Origin: Planctomycetota bacterium
Lineage (GTDB): Bacteria > Planctomycetota > SZUA-567 > H5-PLA8
Assembly (NCBI GenBank): GCA_038227045.1
Contig: JBBRQD010000002.1
Location: forward strand, 88,343 to 152,342
Length of the DNA: 64,000 nucleotides
Direction: 5' to 3'
Below the pieces are notes generated by a model. That model did no database searches. It saw nothing but the letters and a program-made list of their open reading frames with translations, and was not told where the DNA came from. This document shows, one piece after another, positions 19,680-28,262 of the stretch. Within the stretch, counting starts at the first letter, position 1, and each line of letters starts with the position of its first letter. Both the position numbers and the translations under genes were made by a program.

Positions 19680-22600
19680 ATGTCGAAGCGAATTCCATTC
19701 ATTTTGGCTGTAGCGCTGACCCTTTTCTGCCCAGGGCCATGGAGCAGCATCGCTGTGCGTGCGGTCGAGTCGCTTACGTTGCCGACGGATCTCCCGCCGC
19801 TCGACAAACGCGGCGCATGGCGCGAAACGCTTGAAGATCTCAACGTGCTGGGCGTTCCGCAAAACTGGACGATTCTCGGACCGCTCAACAACGAAACCGC
19901 GAAATCGTTTGAGCGCAAACTTGAGCCGGAGCTGTCCGACGACTGGACGAAGCCGCTCACCGACAATCTGGGCCGTTTGTTTCACGTCAGCCAATGGTCC
20001 AAACCCAAGGACGACGAGGGGTGTTACGTCGATCTTTTCGACGTCTTCAGCAGCCCGCCGCCCAGCCCGGTCGCGTGCGCACTCACCATCATCGATTCGA
20101 CCGTGGAAGGCCCGGCGCTTCTCTGGTTTGAAAACGCCGGGCGCGCAATCGTCTATTTCAACAATAAGGAAATTCTAAACGTTACCAGCAAGCTCGCGAA
20201 AGTCGATTCGTCTGTCCGCGCGCTTTATCCCCTTCCCATCGATCTCCGGCGCGGCCGCAATTATTTAAAAATCAAGATTCTAAAGGAGCACAAACAGGCC
20301 ATCAAAGGCTGGGGCTTTTTCGTGCGCATTGAACGCGACGATCTTGAATGGCGCAAACAATTGCTGGTAAAACTCAAGGAGCTTTATCCCGAAGAGGACG
20401 CAGCGCAATCCGGGGCGCAGGAGCGCCTGATGCTGGCGCGCCGCTACGAGAAAGCAGGCCAGCCGGAACTCGCCGCGCCATTCTATAAGGAGATCTGCGA
20501 CAAGTATGTCGCATTCGTAGACTCGTGCGAGGACGCACGCGACGCGCTCAAGCGGCTTGCCGCCGCAAAGCCCGCCGCCGCTCCAGCGAACGCCATTCGC
20601 GAGTGGACCGATGCCGAACGCCGTTTCAAAGCGGCGCTTGCAACCGGGCAGACTCTTGATGCCGACCGTGCGATGCGCGATTTCATCGCGCAATTTCCGT
20701 TCAGCGAGCAAGCCGGATTGGCGCTGTGCAATCGCGGCGGTTTGCGCCTGGATTACGCGTTCGACGAATCGGCGCGCCCATTTTACGAACGCGCGCTGCG
20801 CGAATTTTCAAGCAACGAGACCGTCCGCGCGCTCGGCGTAAAGGGAGTTGAATTTGCGCGGTTCTACATGCCTGAACGCGCGCAGCTCGAAACCAACCGC
20901 CTGGCCGAAGCCGCGCTGTCCGCGATTCATCGGCAGTTGCGCAACGGGAACGCCCACGACAACGCGTCCGGCTTGAAAGCGCTCGCCGAATTGGTTGTCA
21001 CTCAGTCCGGCTCGCTGGTTCACGCGGGCGGGGCCGAATTGTATCCGCGCTGCGCGAGCGTCAATCTGCTGGCGCGCGAATTCTTGAGCACGCTGAGCAC
21101 CGAAGAGCGCGATCTGTTCCGCGAGCCCCTCGCGCGCGCGGCGGAAATGAGCTATCGGCAGGCCGTGGCCGGCGGCAACCCGCTTGAGCTGGAGGACGTC
21201 GCGCGCAAATTCCCCGGCGCGGCTGCATCCGCCAAGGCGCTCAATCAGGCCGGCAACATGTATCTCGACCGTGGATTGTTCGCGCGCGCGGCACAGGCGT
21301 TCCGAGCGCTGCAGCACGATTTCAAGGGCAGCGGGCTGATCGCGGAACCGCTCGCTGCGGCCAAGGAAATTCGCGCGCTCGAAGGACTCGGCCAAATTCA
21401 AGCCGCGCGCGACGCGGCGCAGAAAATGGCGGCGGACCACGGCGCGGCGAAACTCATTTTTCAGGGCCGCGAAATCACCGTGACAAATTTCACACAGGAT
21501 TTGATGCGCAAATTTGGAGCGCAAACCGCCGCGCCGACGGATGCTGGCCGCGGCGATTACGACACATTCGCCGCCAACGCGCGGCGTCTCGGAGCGGCCG
21601 CTGGCCCGGCGCCAGTCCCGGACCGCCTTGAATGGACGCACCCGATTAAGCAGTCTGAATCGGCCACGCGCGCCCGGAGCGTCTGGTCGGAAGACCGGAA
21701 CTATTTTCATTTCGAACCGTTTCCGGTTGTCTCGGCGGCCCGAATTTTCTTCGCGACGCGCGAGGATGTTCGCGCCGTGGACATCGCAAGCGGAAAAGAT
21801 ATCTGGAACAAAAGCTGGGGAAATGCCGGCTATGTGCTCACGGACAAATTCTCCGGCTTTCCGCAGACCCTTCCTGTTCTAAAAGACGGCAAATTGTTTG
21901 TTCGCGGAATCAGCGGCGAAAAGAACAGCGTGATCCGCTGTTATGATGCCACCACCGGAAATATCGATTGGGACACCGAAAAAATTCCGTCGCTGAGGAA
22001 CTTCGTCTGGAGCAGCGAGCCGCTGGCCACGTACAACCTCGTCATCGCCGCGTATTTCGAACCGCTGGATCACGACACCGTCCGCTGCGGCGCCGCCGCG
22101 CTGGACGCGCGCACCGGCGCGCTGGTGTGGAAACGGCCGTTCGGCATTGGGAATTCGGGGCTGCGCATCGCCGAAAAATACAAAGATTCGCGCTTCACGC
22201 AGGTCAACTACCGCGTCACGCTGCAACTCGGCCCGCCTTCCGCTCATGAGGGCACAATCTACACATCGACGGGCCTCGGCAGCCTCGCGGCGTTGAACGC
22301 CTACACGGGCGATGTGTTCTGGATCTCCGATTACCCGCGGCTGCGAGCGGGCAATCTTTCGACGGGCAACTCCGGCATCGAAGGTTTCATGCCGCGCATT
22401 TTGAAAGTTCTCGCGCGCGGCCCGTCGTCGCCCGTCGTCGGCGACAACGTCGTCGCGCTCGCGCCGCGCGACGCGACCGGCATCGTCGGATTCGACCGCC
22501 GCTCCGGCGAATTGCGCTGGGCGCGGGAACTCATCGACGCCCGCTTCATCGCCGGCGTGTGCGACGGCAAACTGATCGCCGCCGACGACACGGTGACCGC

Positions 22601-22892
22601 GCTCGATCTCGACACCGGCAAAATCGCGTGGGAATACTCCGGCGGTGCAGCCGCCGGTGCCGGCGCTGCGGGCCAGATAAAACGCCTCGCGGGCCAGCCG
22701 GGATATTCGGGCGGAATGTTGTACTTGCCTTATGACGACGGGCTGCATCTCGTGGATGCGAAATCCGGCGAACTGAAGAACCGCCAGACGTGGGATCCCA
22801 AAACCAGCGGCCCGATCGCCAACATCGTGGTGACCGGATCGCATCTCATCGGCGTGAACAACAGCGTGCTGGCGTCGATCCACGCGAAGTAG
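19680..22892 (+). CDS. Secreted protein: N-terminal beta-sandwich, TPR-like helices, C-terminal PQQ-like beta-propeller
   Basis: Signal peptide, NWTILGPL and LRRGRNYLKIKI, TPR-like segments, repeated ALDARTGALVWK / ALNAYTGDVFW / ALDLDTGKIAW blades. Confidence 0.8.
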   Translation: MSKRIPFILAVALTLFCPGPWSSIAVRAVESLTLPTDLPPLDKRGAWRETLEDLNVLGVPQNWTILGPLNNETAKSFERKLEPELSDDWTKPLTDNLGRLFHVSQWSKPKDDEGCYVDLFDVFSSPPPSPVACALTIIDSTVEGPALLWFENAGRAIVYFNNKEILNVTSKLAKVDSSVRALYPLPIDLRRGRNYLKIKILKEHKQAIKGWGFFVRIERDDLEWRKQLLVKLKELYPEEDAAQSGAQERLMLARRYEKAGQPELAAPFYKEICDKYVAFVDSCEDARDALKRLAAAKPAAAPANAIREWTDAERRFKAALATGQTLDADRAMRDFIAQFPFSEQAGLALCNRGGLRLDYAFDESARPFYERALREFSSNETVRALGVKGVEFARFYMPERAQLETNRLAEAALSAIHRQLRNGNAHDNASGLKALAELVVTQSGSLVHAGGAELYPRCASVNLLAREFLSTLSTEERDLFREPLARAAEMSYRQAVAGGNPLELEDVARKFPGAAASAKALNQAGNMYLDRGLFARAAQAFRALQHDFKGSGLIAEPLAAAKEIRALEGLGQIQAARDAAQKMAADHGAAKLIFQGREITVTNFTQDLMRKFGAQTAAPTDAGRGDYDTFAANARRLGAAAGPAPVPDRLEWTHPIKQSESATRARSVWSEDRNYFHFEPFPVVSAARIFFATREDVRAVDIASGKDIWNKSWGNAGYVLTDKFSGFPQTLPVLKDGKLFVRGISGEKNSVIRCYDATTGNIDWDTEKIPSLRNFVWSSEPLATYNLVIAAYFEPLDHDTVRCGAAALDARTGALVWKRPFGIGNSGLRIAEKYKDSRFTQVNYRVTLQLGPPSAHEGTIYTSTGLGSLAALNAYTGDVFWISDYPRLRAGNLSTGNSGIEGFMPRILKVLARGPSSPVVGDNVVALAPRDATGIVGFDRRSGELRWARELIDARFIAGVCDGKLIAADDTVTALDLDTGKIAWEYSGGAAAGAGAAGQIKRLAGQPGYSGGMLYLPYDDGLHLVDAKSGELKNRQTWDPKTSGPIANIVVTGSHLIGVNNSVLASIHAK

Positions 22893-22908
22893 CGCAAACT
22901 CACGTAGT

Positions 22909-22986
22909 GTAGGACGGACTGCCAGTCCGTCCAAATTAAATGACAACTCTCGAATTGAAACTGGACGGACTGCCAGCCCGTCCTAC
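22909..22986. repeat. Inverted pair of GTAG-type REP elements
   Basis: GTAGGACGGACTGCCAGTCCGTCC (22909-22932) and GGACGGACTGCCAGCCCGTCCTAC (22963-22986). Confidence 0.8.
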
Positions 22987-23000
22987 TATTTTAACTCTCC

Positions 23001-23915
23001 ATGCGCATTTCCATTGTTGTGCCCACCTTCAATGCCGGTCCTCAGATCACGGCACTGCTGGACGCGATGCGCGCTCAAAAGCCCGCGCCGCCCGGCGAAA
23101 TCGTGGCCATCGATTCCGGTTCGTCCGACGACACGCGGCAGCGCGTGCTCGATGGCGGCGGACGCTTCATTGAATTGATGCAGCCCTTCAATCACGGCCT
23201 ATCGCGCGACGCCGGGATTGCAGCGGCGAGCGGCGAACTGGTTTTCGTCACGGTTCAAGACGCCGTGCCGGCAGCGGAAGATTGCCTCGCGCGTTTCGCG
23301 CGGCACTTTGACGATCCGAAAGTCGCCGGAGTCAGTTCGCGCCAGATTCCGCCGCCGAACGGACCCGCTGAATTGAAGATCAAAGCCGAACTGGATATGC
23401 GCGCCAATGAACCTGTCACGCAAATCAAACTTTCAGATCACCCCGATTACGCGACGTATTCGCCCGAAGAACGCGTGGAGCTGTATCGCTTCGACAATGT
23501 CGGCGCGATGCTGCGCCGTTCGGCATGGGAAACGATTCCGTTCGGAGCGTGCGACTATGCGGAGGATTTGCTCTGGGCTAAACGAGCGCTCGAAGCCGGC
23601 CACACACTGGTGCGCGATTTCACCGCGCCAATCGTTCACGCCCACCGGCGCAGTTTCAGCTACGAATTTCGCCGGGGGCTTCTGGACGCGCGCGTGATGG
23701 ACGAATTGTTTAGTTATCGATACCGATTCTTCAAAAAATTGAATCGAGTGGCCATGCTTGCAAAACCCGGCGGCTCAAACGGGGCGCGGATGATGGCGCT
23801 CAAGACGTACTCGGCACATGCGCTAGCGCGGACGATTTATGGCTCGTATCGAATGGTTCTGAAGCCGATGGGATTGGGAGGACAGATGATGGATTCGTGG
23901 ACAAAGGGGATTTAG
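23001..23915 (+). CDS. GT2 glycosyltransferase (rhamnosyltransferase-like)
   Basis: ISIVVPTFNAG, IDSGSSDDT, FNHGLSRD, TVQDAVP, YAEDLLWA. Confidence 0.88.
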   Translation: MRISIVVPTFNAGPQITALLDAMRAQKPAPPGEIVAIDSGSSDDTRQRVLDGGGRFIELMQPFNHGLSRDAGIAAASGELVFVTVQDAVPAAEDCLARFARHFDDPKVAGVSSRQIPPPNGPAELKIKAELDMRANEPVTQIKLSDHPDYATYSPEERVELYRFDNVGAMLRRSAWETIPFGACDYAEDLLWAKRALEAGHTLVRDFTAPIVHAHRRSFSYEFRRGLLDARVMDELFSYRYRFFKKLNRVAMLAKPGGSNGARMMALKTYSAHALARTIYGSYRMVLKPMGLGGQMMDSWTKGI

Positions 23916-23925
23916 GGGCCAGCCG

Positions 23926-25020
23926 TTAGAAGTCCGGGTTCATGACAATCCGGAATCCGTAGAGGATGTATCGGGTTTCGGGAATGAAGTAGTTCCGGAG
24001 CGCTGAGCGGCATTCCCTCGGGTGGTCGTTCCAGGAACTACCGTGCAACGCACGCACCGTGCCAGTCGCCGGTCCTTGCGGATCGCGTGTGAGCGAACCT
24101 CTATCGTCGTCGCTGCTATACCAGTCCTGACACCATTGACACACGTTGCCATGCATATCGTAAAGCCCGAACGCATTTGCTTTCTTCTCACCGACCGGAT
24201 GCGTTTGGCCTCCACTATTTGCCGAATACCACGCCACAGCATCTAAATCGCTCTCAAGATTACCCGAATAATAGTGCGTCTGAGTACCTGCACGGCATGC
24301 ATACTCCCATTGCGCTTCTGTCGGCAATCGTACTTCCATTCCTTTAGGTATTTTTGCCGACGAGCCCGTGTTGAGCTTATTGCAGAACTCCGTTGCATCG
24401 TTCCATGAGACGGTTTCAACCGGTAATTTTGCACCTTTGACGTAGCTGGGTTTTTTTCCTATCACCGCTTCATACTGAGCCTGTGTCACCGTGTACTTAC
24501 CCATGTAGAAGGGCTGCGTCAACGTCACCGAATGGGTGCGCTTCTCATTCCAAGACAGGCTATCGTAATTTCTTATTTCATGCTCATACTTGAGTTGTTG
24601 TCCCTTAACCCAATATCCCCGCGCGATCCCGCCAACGAAAATCCCTATTGCACCAGAGAGCAGCAATAGCCACCCCAGCGAAAAGATGCGCTTTCGCACT
24701 TTTAGATAATTTCGCCGCAATACAATAAATAAAATCACCGTCAAAATGCCGCCAATCGCGATCATTGCAATGGCCTCTTCGATCGTGGTGGTCGGCTTCG
24801 CCGGTTCGGGCGTACCCATGATGAATTGCCCTGCCGGAATCAGCACAAGATCGAGCGTAACGCCATTGCCGAGATCGAGGGATTTTGTTGGAGGGAGATT
24901 GACTTTCTTCGCGTACACTTCAACCGTCTCATGGCCGTCCCACAACGGCCATTCGCGTGCGGACGCGGCTCCTAAAGGAGTAAGCCAGAGCGCCAATTGA
25001 AATAGGAAGAACGTTCGCAT
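23926..25020 (-). CDS. FGE/SUMF1-family (CLec-fold) protein with an internal TM hairpin
   Basis: LIPAGQFIMG, FYMGKYTVTQAQY, RLPTEAQWEYACRAG, NAFGLYDMHGNV, YGFRIV. Signal peptide. Visibly more AT-rich than its neighbours. Confidence 0.9.
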   Translation of the reverse strand: MRTFFLFQLALWLTPLGAASAREWPLWDGHETVEVYAKKVNLPPTKSLDLGNGVTLDLVLIPAGQFIMGTPEPAKPTTTIEEAIAMIAIGGILTVILFIVLRRNYLKVRKRIFSLGWLLLLSGAIGIFVGGIARGYWVKGQQLKYEHEIRNYDSLSWNEKRTHSVTLTQPFYMGKYTVTQAQYEAVIGKKPSYVKGAKLPVETVSWNDATEFCNKLNTGSSAKIPKGMEVRLPTEAQWEYACRAGTQTHYYSGNLESDLDAVAWYSANSGGQTHPVGEKKANAFGLYDMHGNVCQWCQDWYSSDDDRGSLTRDPQGPATGTVRALHGSSWNDHPRECRSALRNYFIPETRYILYGFRIVMNPDF

Positions 25021-25101
25021 TGATAACTCATGGTTGGGTTTGCGACGGTATCGGTGCCCACAGATTAAACGCATTCGCACGCTTCGCCCGCATTTTTTCA
25101 T

Positions 25102-25129
25102 TTGCATTTCCGCAATTACCGTTTAGATT
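25102..25129 (+). promoter_or_regulatory. Putative sigma70 promoter of the aro leader
   Basis: TTGCAT-N16-TAGATT. The predicted +1 falls at about the leader ATG (25137). Confidence 0.45.
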
Positions 25130-25136
25130 AGTACGT

Positions 25137-25208
25137 ATGAGTACTATTTCGGTCGGCAACTACTTCTTCGGCACCTTTACTTCTCCCTGGCGAACGTCAG
25201 GGTTTTAG
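25137..25208 (+). CDS. Aromatic-rich leader peptide (23 aa, MSTISVGNYFFGTFTSPWRTSGF)
   Basis: Tyr-Phe-Phe, Phe, Trp and Phe codons just upstream of DAHP synthase, overlapping the attenuator hairpins. Confidence 0.75.
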   Translation: MSTISVGNYFFGTFTSPWRTSGF

Positions 25209-25285
25209 GGTGGCTGCGTAAACGAAGAATTTAATCCAACGTTTAATGTGCCCCTTGAAACCCTGAGTCTGCTCAGGTTTTTTTT
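25185..25285 (+). promoter_or_regulatory. Transcriptional attenuator (1:2, 2:3, 3:4 hairpins)
   Basis: 1:2 CCCTGGC/GTCAGGG. 2:3 TCAGGGTTT/AAACCCTGA. 3:4 CCTGAG-TCTG-CTCAGG followed by T8. Confidence 0.8.
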
Positions 25286-25318
25286 GTTTTCGGGGGCATT
25301 TGGGAAGGAACCATCTCG

Positions 25319-26380
25319 ATGCCAGATAAAATTGAAAATTCGAACGTACTGGAGGCAACGCCGTTGATTGCGCCGCGACAGCTCAAAGCCAGCCTGCCCA
25401 TCAGCGACAATGTCACCCGCGTCGTGTTGAACACGCGCCAGGCGATCCGCGACATCATTCACGGACGCGACACGCAGCGCCTGCTGATGGTCGTCGGGCC
25501 GTGCTCCATTCACGACATCGAAGCCGGGTACGATTACGCTCAGAAACTCGCGGCCGTCGCAAAGGCCGTTGAGAACGAATTGGTGATCGTGATGCGCACC
25601 TATTTCGAAAAACCGCGCACGACGGTCGGCTGGAAGGGCTTGATCAACGATCCGCATCTCGACGGCCGGTGCGACATTGAAACGGGACTGGGCATCGCGC
25701 GCACACTGATGCTGCGCATCAACGAACTTGGCCTGCCCTGCGCCAGCGAATTGCTCGATCCCGTCACGCCGCAATACACCGCCGATCTGATCAGTTGGGC
25801 GGCGATCGGCGCGCGCACAACGGAGAGCCAGACGCACCGCGAAATGGCCAGCGGCCTTTCCATGCCCGTGGGCTTCAAGAACGGCACCGACGGCGGCCTT
25901 GACGTCGCGCTGAACGCGATGATCTCCGCAAGCCATCCGCACAGTTTTCTGGGCATAAATCCCGACGGCATCACGTCGGTGATCAAGACCGCCGGCAACC
26001 CGGATCGGCATATCGTTCTTCGCGGCGGTGGCGGCAAGACCAATTACAGCCCGGAGGACATCGCGCGCGCGGCGGACAAAGTGCTGGCGATGGGCATCAA
26101 GCGCCCGGTGATGGTCGACTGTTCTCATGGGAATACGAACAAGGATTACACGCTCCAAGCCACCGTCTGCCGCGAAGTGGTCAAGCAGGTGAAGGCCGGC
26201 CAGAAAGCCGTCATGGGCGTGATGATGGAAAGCAATCTCAAGCCCGGCAAACAGAGTTGGAAGGAAGACGGATCGCTGAAGCTCGAATATGGCATTTCAA
26301 TCACCGACGCCTGCATCGGTTGGGAGGAGACGAAGAGTTTGCTGCTCGACGCGGCGGATGCGGTGAGAATCGCGCGGTGA
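25319..26380 (+). CDS. aroF: DAHP synthase, class I-alpha (AroF/G/H type)
   Basis: VVGPCSIHD, RTYFEKPRTTVGWKGLINDP, AIGARTTESQTHREMASG, VDCSHGN, GISITDACIGWE. Isozyme identity is uncertain. Confidence 0.95.
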   Translation: MPDKIENSNVLEATPLIAPRQLKASLPISDNVTRVVLNTRQAIRDIIHGRDTQRLLMVVGPCSIHDIEAGYDYAQKLAAVAKAVENELVIVMRTYFEKPRTTVGWKGLINDPHLDGRCDIETGLGIARTLMLRINELGLPCASELLDPVTPQYTADLISWAAIGARTTESQTHREMASGLSMPVGFKNGTDGGLDVALNAMISASHPHSFLGINPDGITSVIKTAGNPDRHIVLRGGGGKTNYSPEDIARAADKVLAMGIKRPVMVDCSHGNTNKDYTLQATVCREVVKQVKAGQKAVMGVMMESNLKPGKQSWKEDGSLKLEYGISITDACIGWEETKSLLLDAADAVRIAR

Positions 26381-26454
26381 CTCTGAGAATGGAAAGTCCG
26401 GGCATAATTATCCGAACGCACAAGCCTCAAAAAGGCTCTCAATTTCCACACATC

Positions 26455-26576
26455 AATCGCCGTGCGGTTCCGAATCATGATCGTCAATGCGCCCTCGATA
26501 GGGCGGTAGTGCGGGGTGGTGTTGTGGCGGTGAGGACGAATTGGCCAATCGCGTCCGAAACCGCACGACGAATTGT
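26455..26576 (-). ncRNA. Candidate structured ncRNA (long stem, C/A-rich loop)
   Basis: 18-bp continuous stem with three G:U pairs on the minus strand only, a further imperfect helix, an inner CGCCCU/AGGGCG hairpin, and a TATATT -10-like box just upstream. Confidence 0.45.
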
Positions 26577-26687
26577 CTTGCTAATATACAACGGATGAAT
26601 TTTCGACTTTTGACACAGGGGTTTCCAAAAGACTCGAAAAGCACCCAAGGCAACGCATCGTCTCAAAATGAAACACTCTCATCTTCT

Positions 26688-27443
26688 TTATTCGAAGTGA
26701 ATATCCCGAATAGCGCGCCAGGCGTCGGTCAGCGCTTTGGCGGCGATGTCTGAACGTTTTTTAAGTTCCATCAGGCGCTTGATATTGCTCGGATTTTTCA
26801 AGACGAAGCGCGTTATTTTTCCCAATCTCACGTTGCCTTGTTCGTTCAGGAACTCTCCGACTTCGGCGGGCAATTCGTCGCTCACGGCGTCGCTGACGGC
26901 GCGCATGAAAATGACGCGCGTGCGTGTGGAATCGACGTTTGAAACGAATGCGTGGGATTCCATATCGACGGCTTGAGCGCAAAATTTTTTTCCGAGTTCG
27001 CGCTTTTGCGCCGCGGTTGTAACCGCATTCTCCGCGCAAATCATGCGTGCAAGGTAGGGTTTGATTCCCCGGCAATGGAGCACTTCGCAAACGAATTGTT
27101 CGAGGCCCCCACCGGCATTCCGCCGGGTGGTGAATGAATCGATCTCCGAAACAGCGGGATGCGGTTCGTGCGTGCCCATGATTTCACTGCCGACGACCAC
27201 GTCGCCAACTTTCAAATCGTCCGCCAACCCCCCGCAAAATCCCGTCGACACAATCAACTCCGGGGGATGCTTGCGCGAGGCCAATTCTTTTGCGGCGCGC
27301 GCGGCGGAAACGGGCCCGACGCCCGCGCGAATTAATTCAAAGCGATGGCGAAAATCCGAGCTCAATCCCGCTTCGACGGCGGCGCATTCTTCTTTGAGCG
27401 CGCACACGATAACGGTTTTTGACGCGTCGGTTCGTAGTCTCAT
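26688..27443 (-). CDS. Nucleoside phosphorylase-fold protein (HpnG/MTA-SAH nucleosidase-like)
   Basis: CALKEE, AGVG, STGFCGGL..DLKVGDVV, AVDMES, MRAVSD. Close to hpnA. Confidence 0.8.
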   Translation of the reverse strand: MRLRTDASKTVIVCALKEECAAVEAGLSSDFRHRFELIRAGVGPVSAARAAKELASRKHPPELIVSTGFCGGLADDLKVGDVVVGSEIMGTHEPHPAVSEIDSFTTRRNAGGGLEQFVCEVLHCRGIKPYLARMICAENAVTTAAQKRELGKKFCAQAVDMESHAFVSNVDSTRTRVIFMRAVSDAVSDELPAEVGEFLNEQGNVRLGKITRFVLKNPSNIKRLMELKKRSDIAAKALTDAWRAIRDIHFE

Positions 27444-27682
27444 GGTCTGATTTTACCCGAAAAATTGAGTGCGCGCAAATCGCCTTGGACTGCGCGAATA
27501 TGTTGCTCTAGGCATCCGTTATTTGACGCGATGTTCAAAATTCAACATGGAGGGCAACGCCAAATCCTTCCCCACAAATGCCAATAAAAAATATCTTCAT
27601 AGGAGATTCGCGGCTTTCACGCGCGCTTGATCGTTTTGGCATTCACTTTGTTTAAGTGACACCCGTAATACGGGAGACAACG

Positions 27683-28084
27683 ATGCCAGCCACAAACAAA
27701 ACGGTTCGCAGTCCACGGTTAATGGTGGTGGACGACGATCCGGGAGTCGGCTACGCGGTAACGCGCTGGCTCCAGGAGCAGAATATTCGCTCCGTGCTGG
27801 CGGTCACGACTGAAGAAGCATTGCAAATGCTGCGCGACATGGTGTTCATTGAATCGGAGTTCGACGGACTGCTGGTGGATTACAATTTACCGGGCGCGAC
27901 GGGATGCAGAGTCATCGAAGAATTTCAAATGGATTTTCCCAAGATGCCGGTCGCATTGATGACCGGTTCAAACGACATCAGCCTCGAGGTATGGGTTCGA
28001 TCAAGACATATTCCGCTCTTTCGCAAGCCGCTCGATTTGCGCGAATTGAAGAACTGGGTCGATCAGCTTGGCAAGACGGCGTGA
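27683..28084 (+). CDS. Single-domain response regulator (receiver)
   Basis: MVVDDD, LLVDYNLPG, ALMTG, FRKPLD. GGGAGA RBS. Confidence 0.9.
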   Translation: MPATNKTVRSPRLMVVDDDPGVGYAVTRWLQEQNIRSVLAVTTEEALQMLRDMVFIESEFDGLLVDYNLPGATGCRVIEEFQMDFPKMPVALMTGSNDISLEVWVRSRHIPLFRKPLDLRELKNWVDQLGKTA

Positions 28085-28215
28085 TGGATGCGCCCGACAA
28101 CATTCACCCGATTAATTTCGGGGGCCCGAAGCCTGTGTGGGCTTCCGGTATTGGAGGGGATCGGTTGAAAGGAGGTGGGATGTAAAACTCGGCGAAACTC
28201 GTGTCTGTACGCATC

Positions 28216-28260
28216 GAAAATCCGGTTGATGATGATGAGCATCAACCGGATTTTCTTTTT
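28216..28260 (+). terminator. Intrinsic terminator between convergent genes
   Basis: 16-bp stem GAAAATCCGGTTGATG/CATCAACCGGATTTTC followed by a T tract. Confidence 0.85.
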
Positions 28261-28262
28261 TA

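Noticed and set aside
26391-26403. GGAAAGTCCGGGC resembles the RNase P RNA conserved region I
   Set aside because: The other universal RNase P motifs (AGTGCCACAGAAA, GGTAAACCCC, ACAGAACCCGGCTTA) are not present downstream.
27637-27651. Near-sigma54 motif TGGCATTCACTTTGT before the receiver gene
   Set aside because: The -12 element is GT instead of GC. Too weak to list as a feature.
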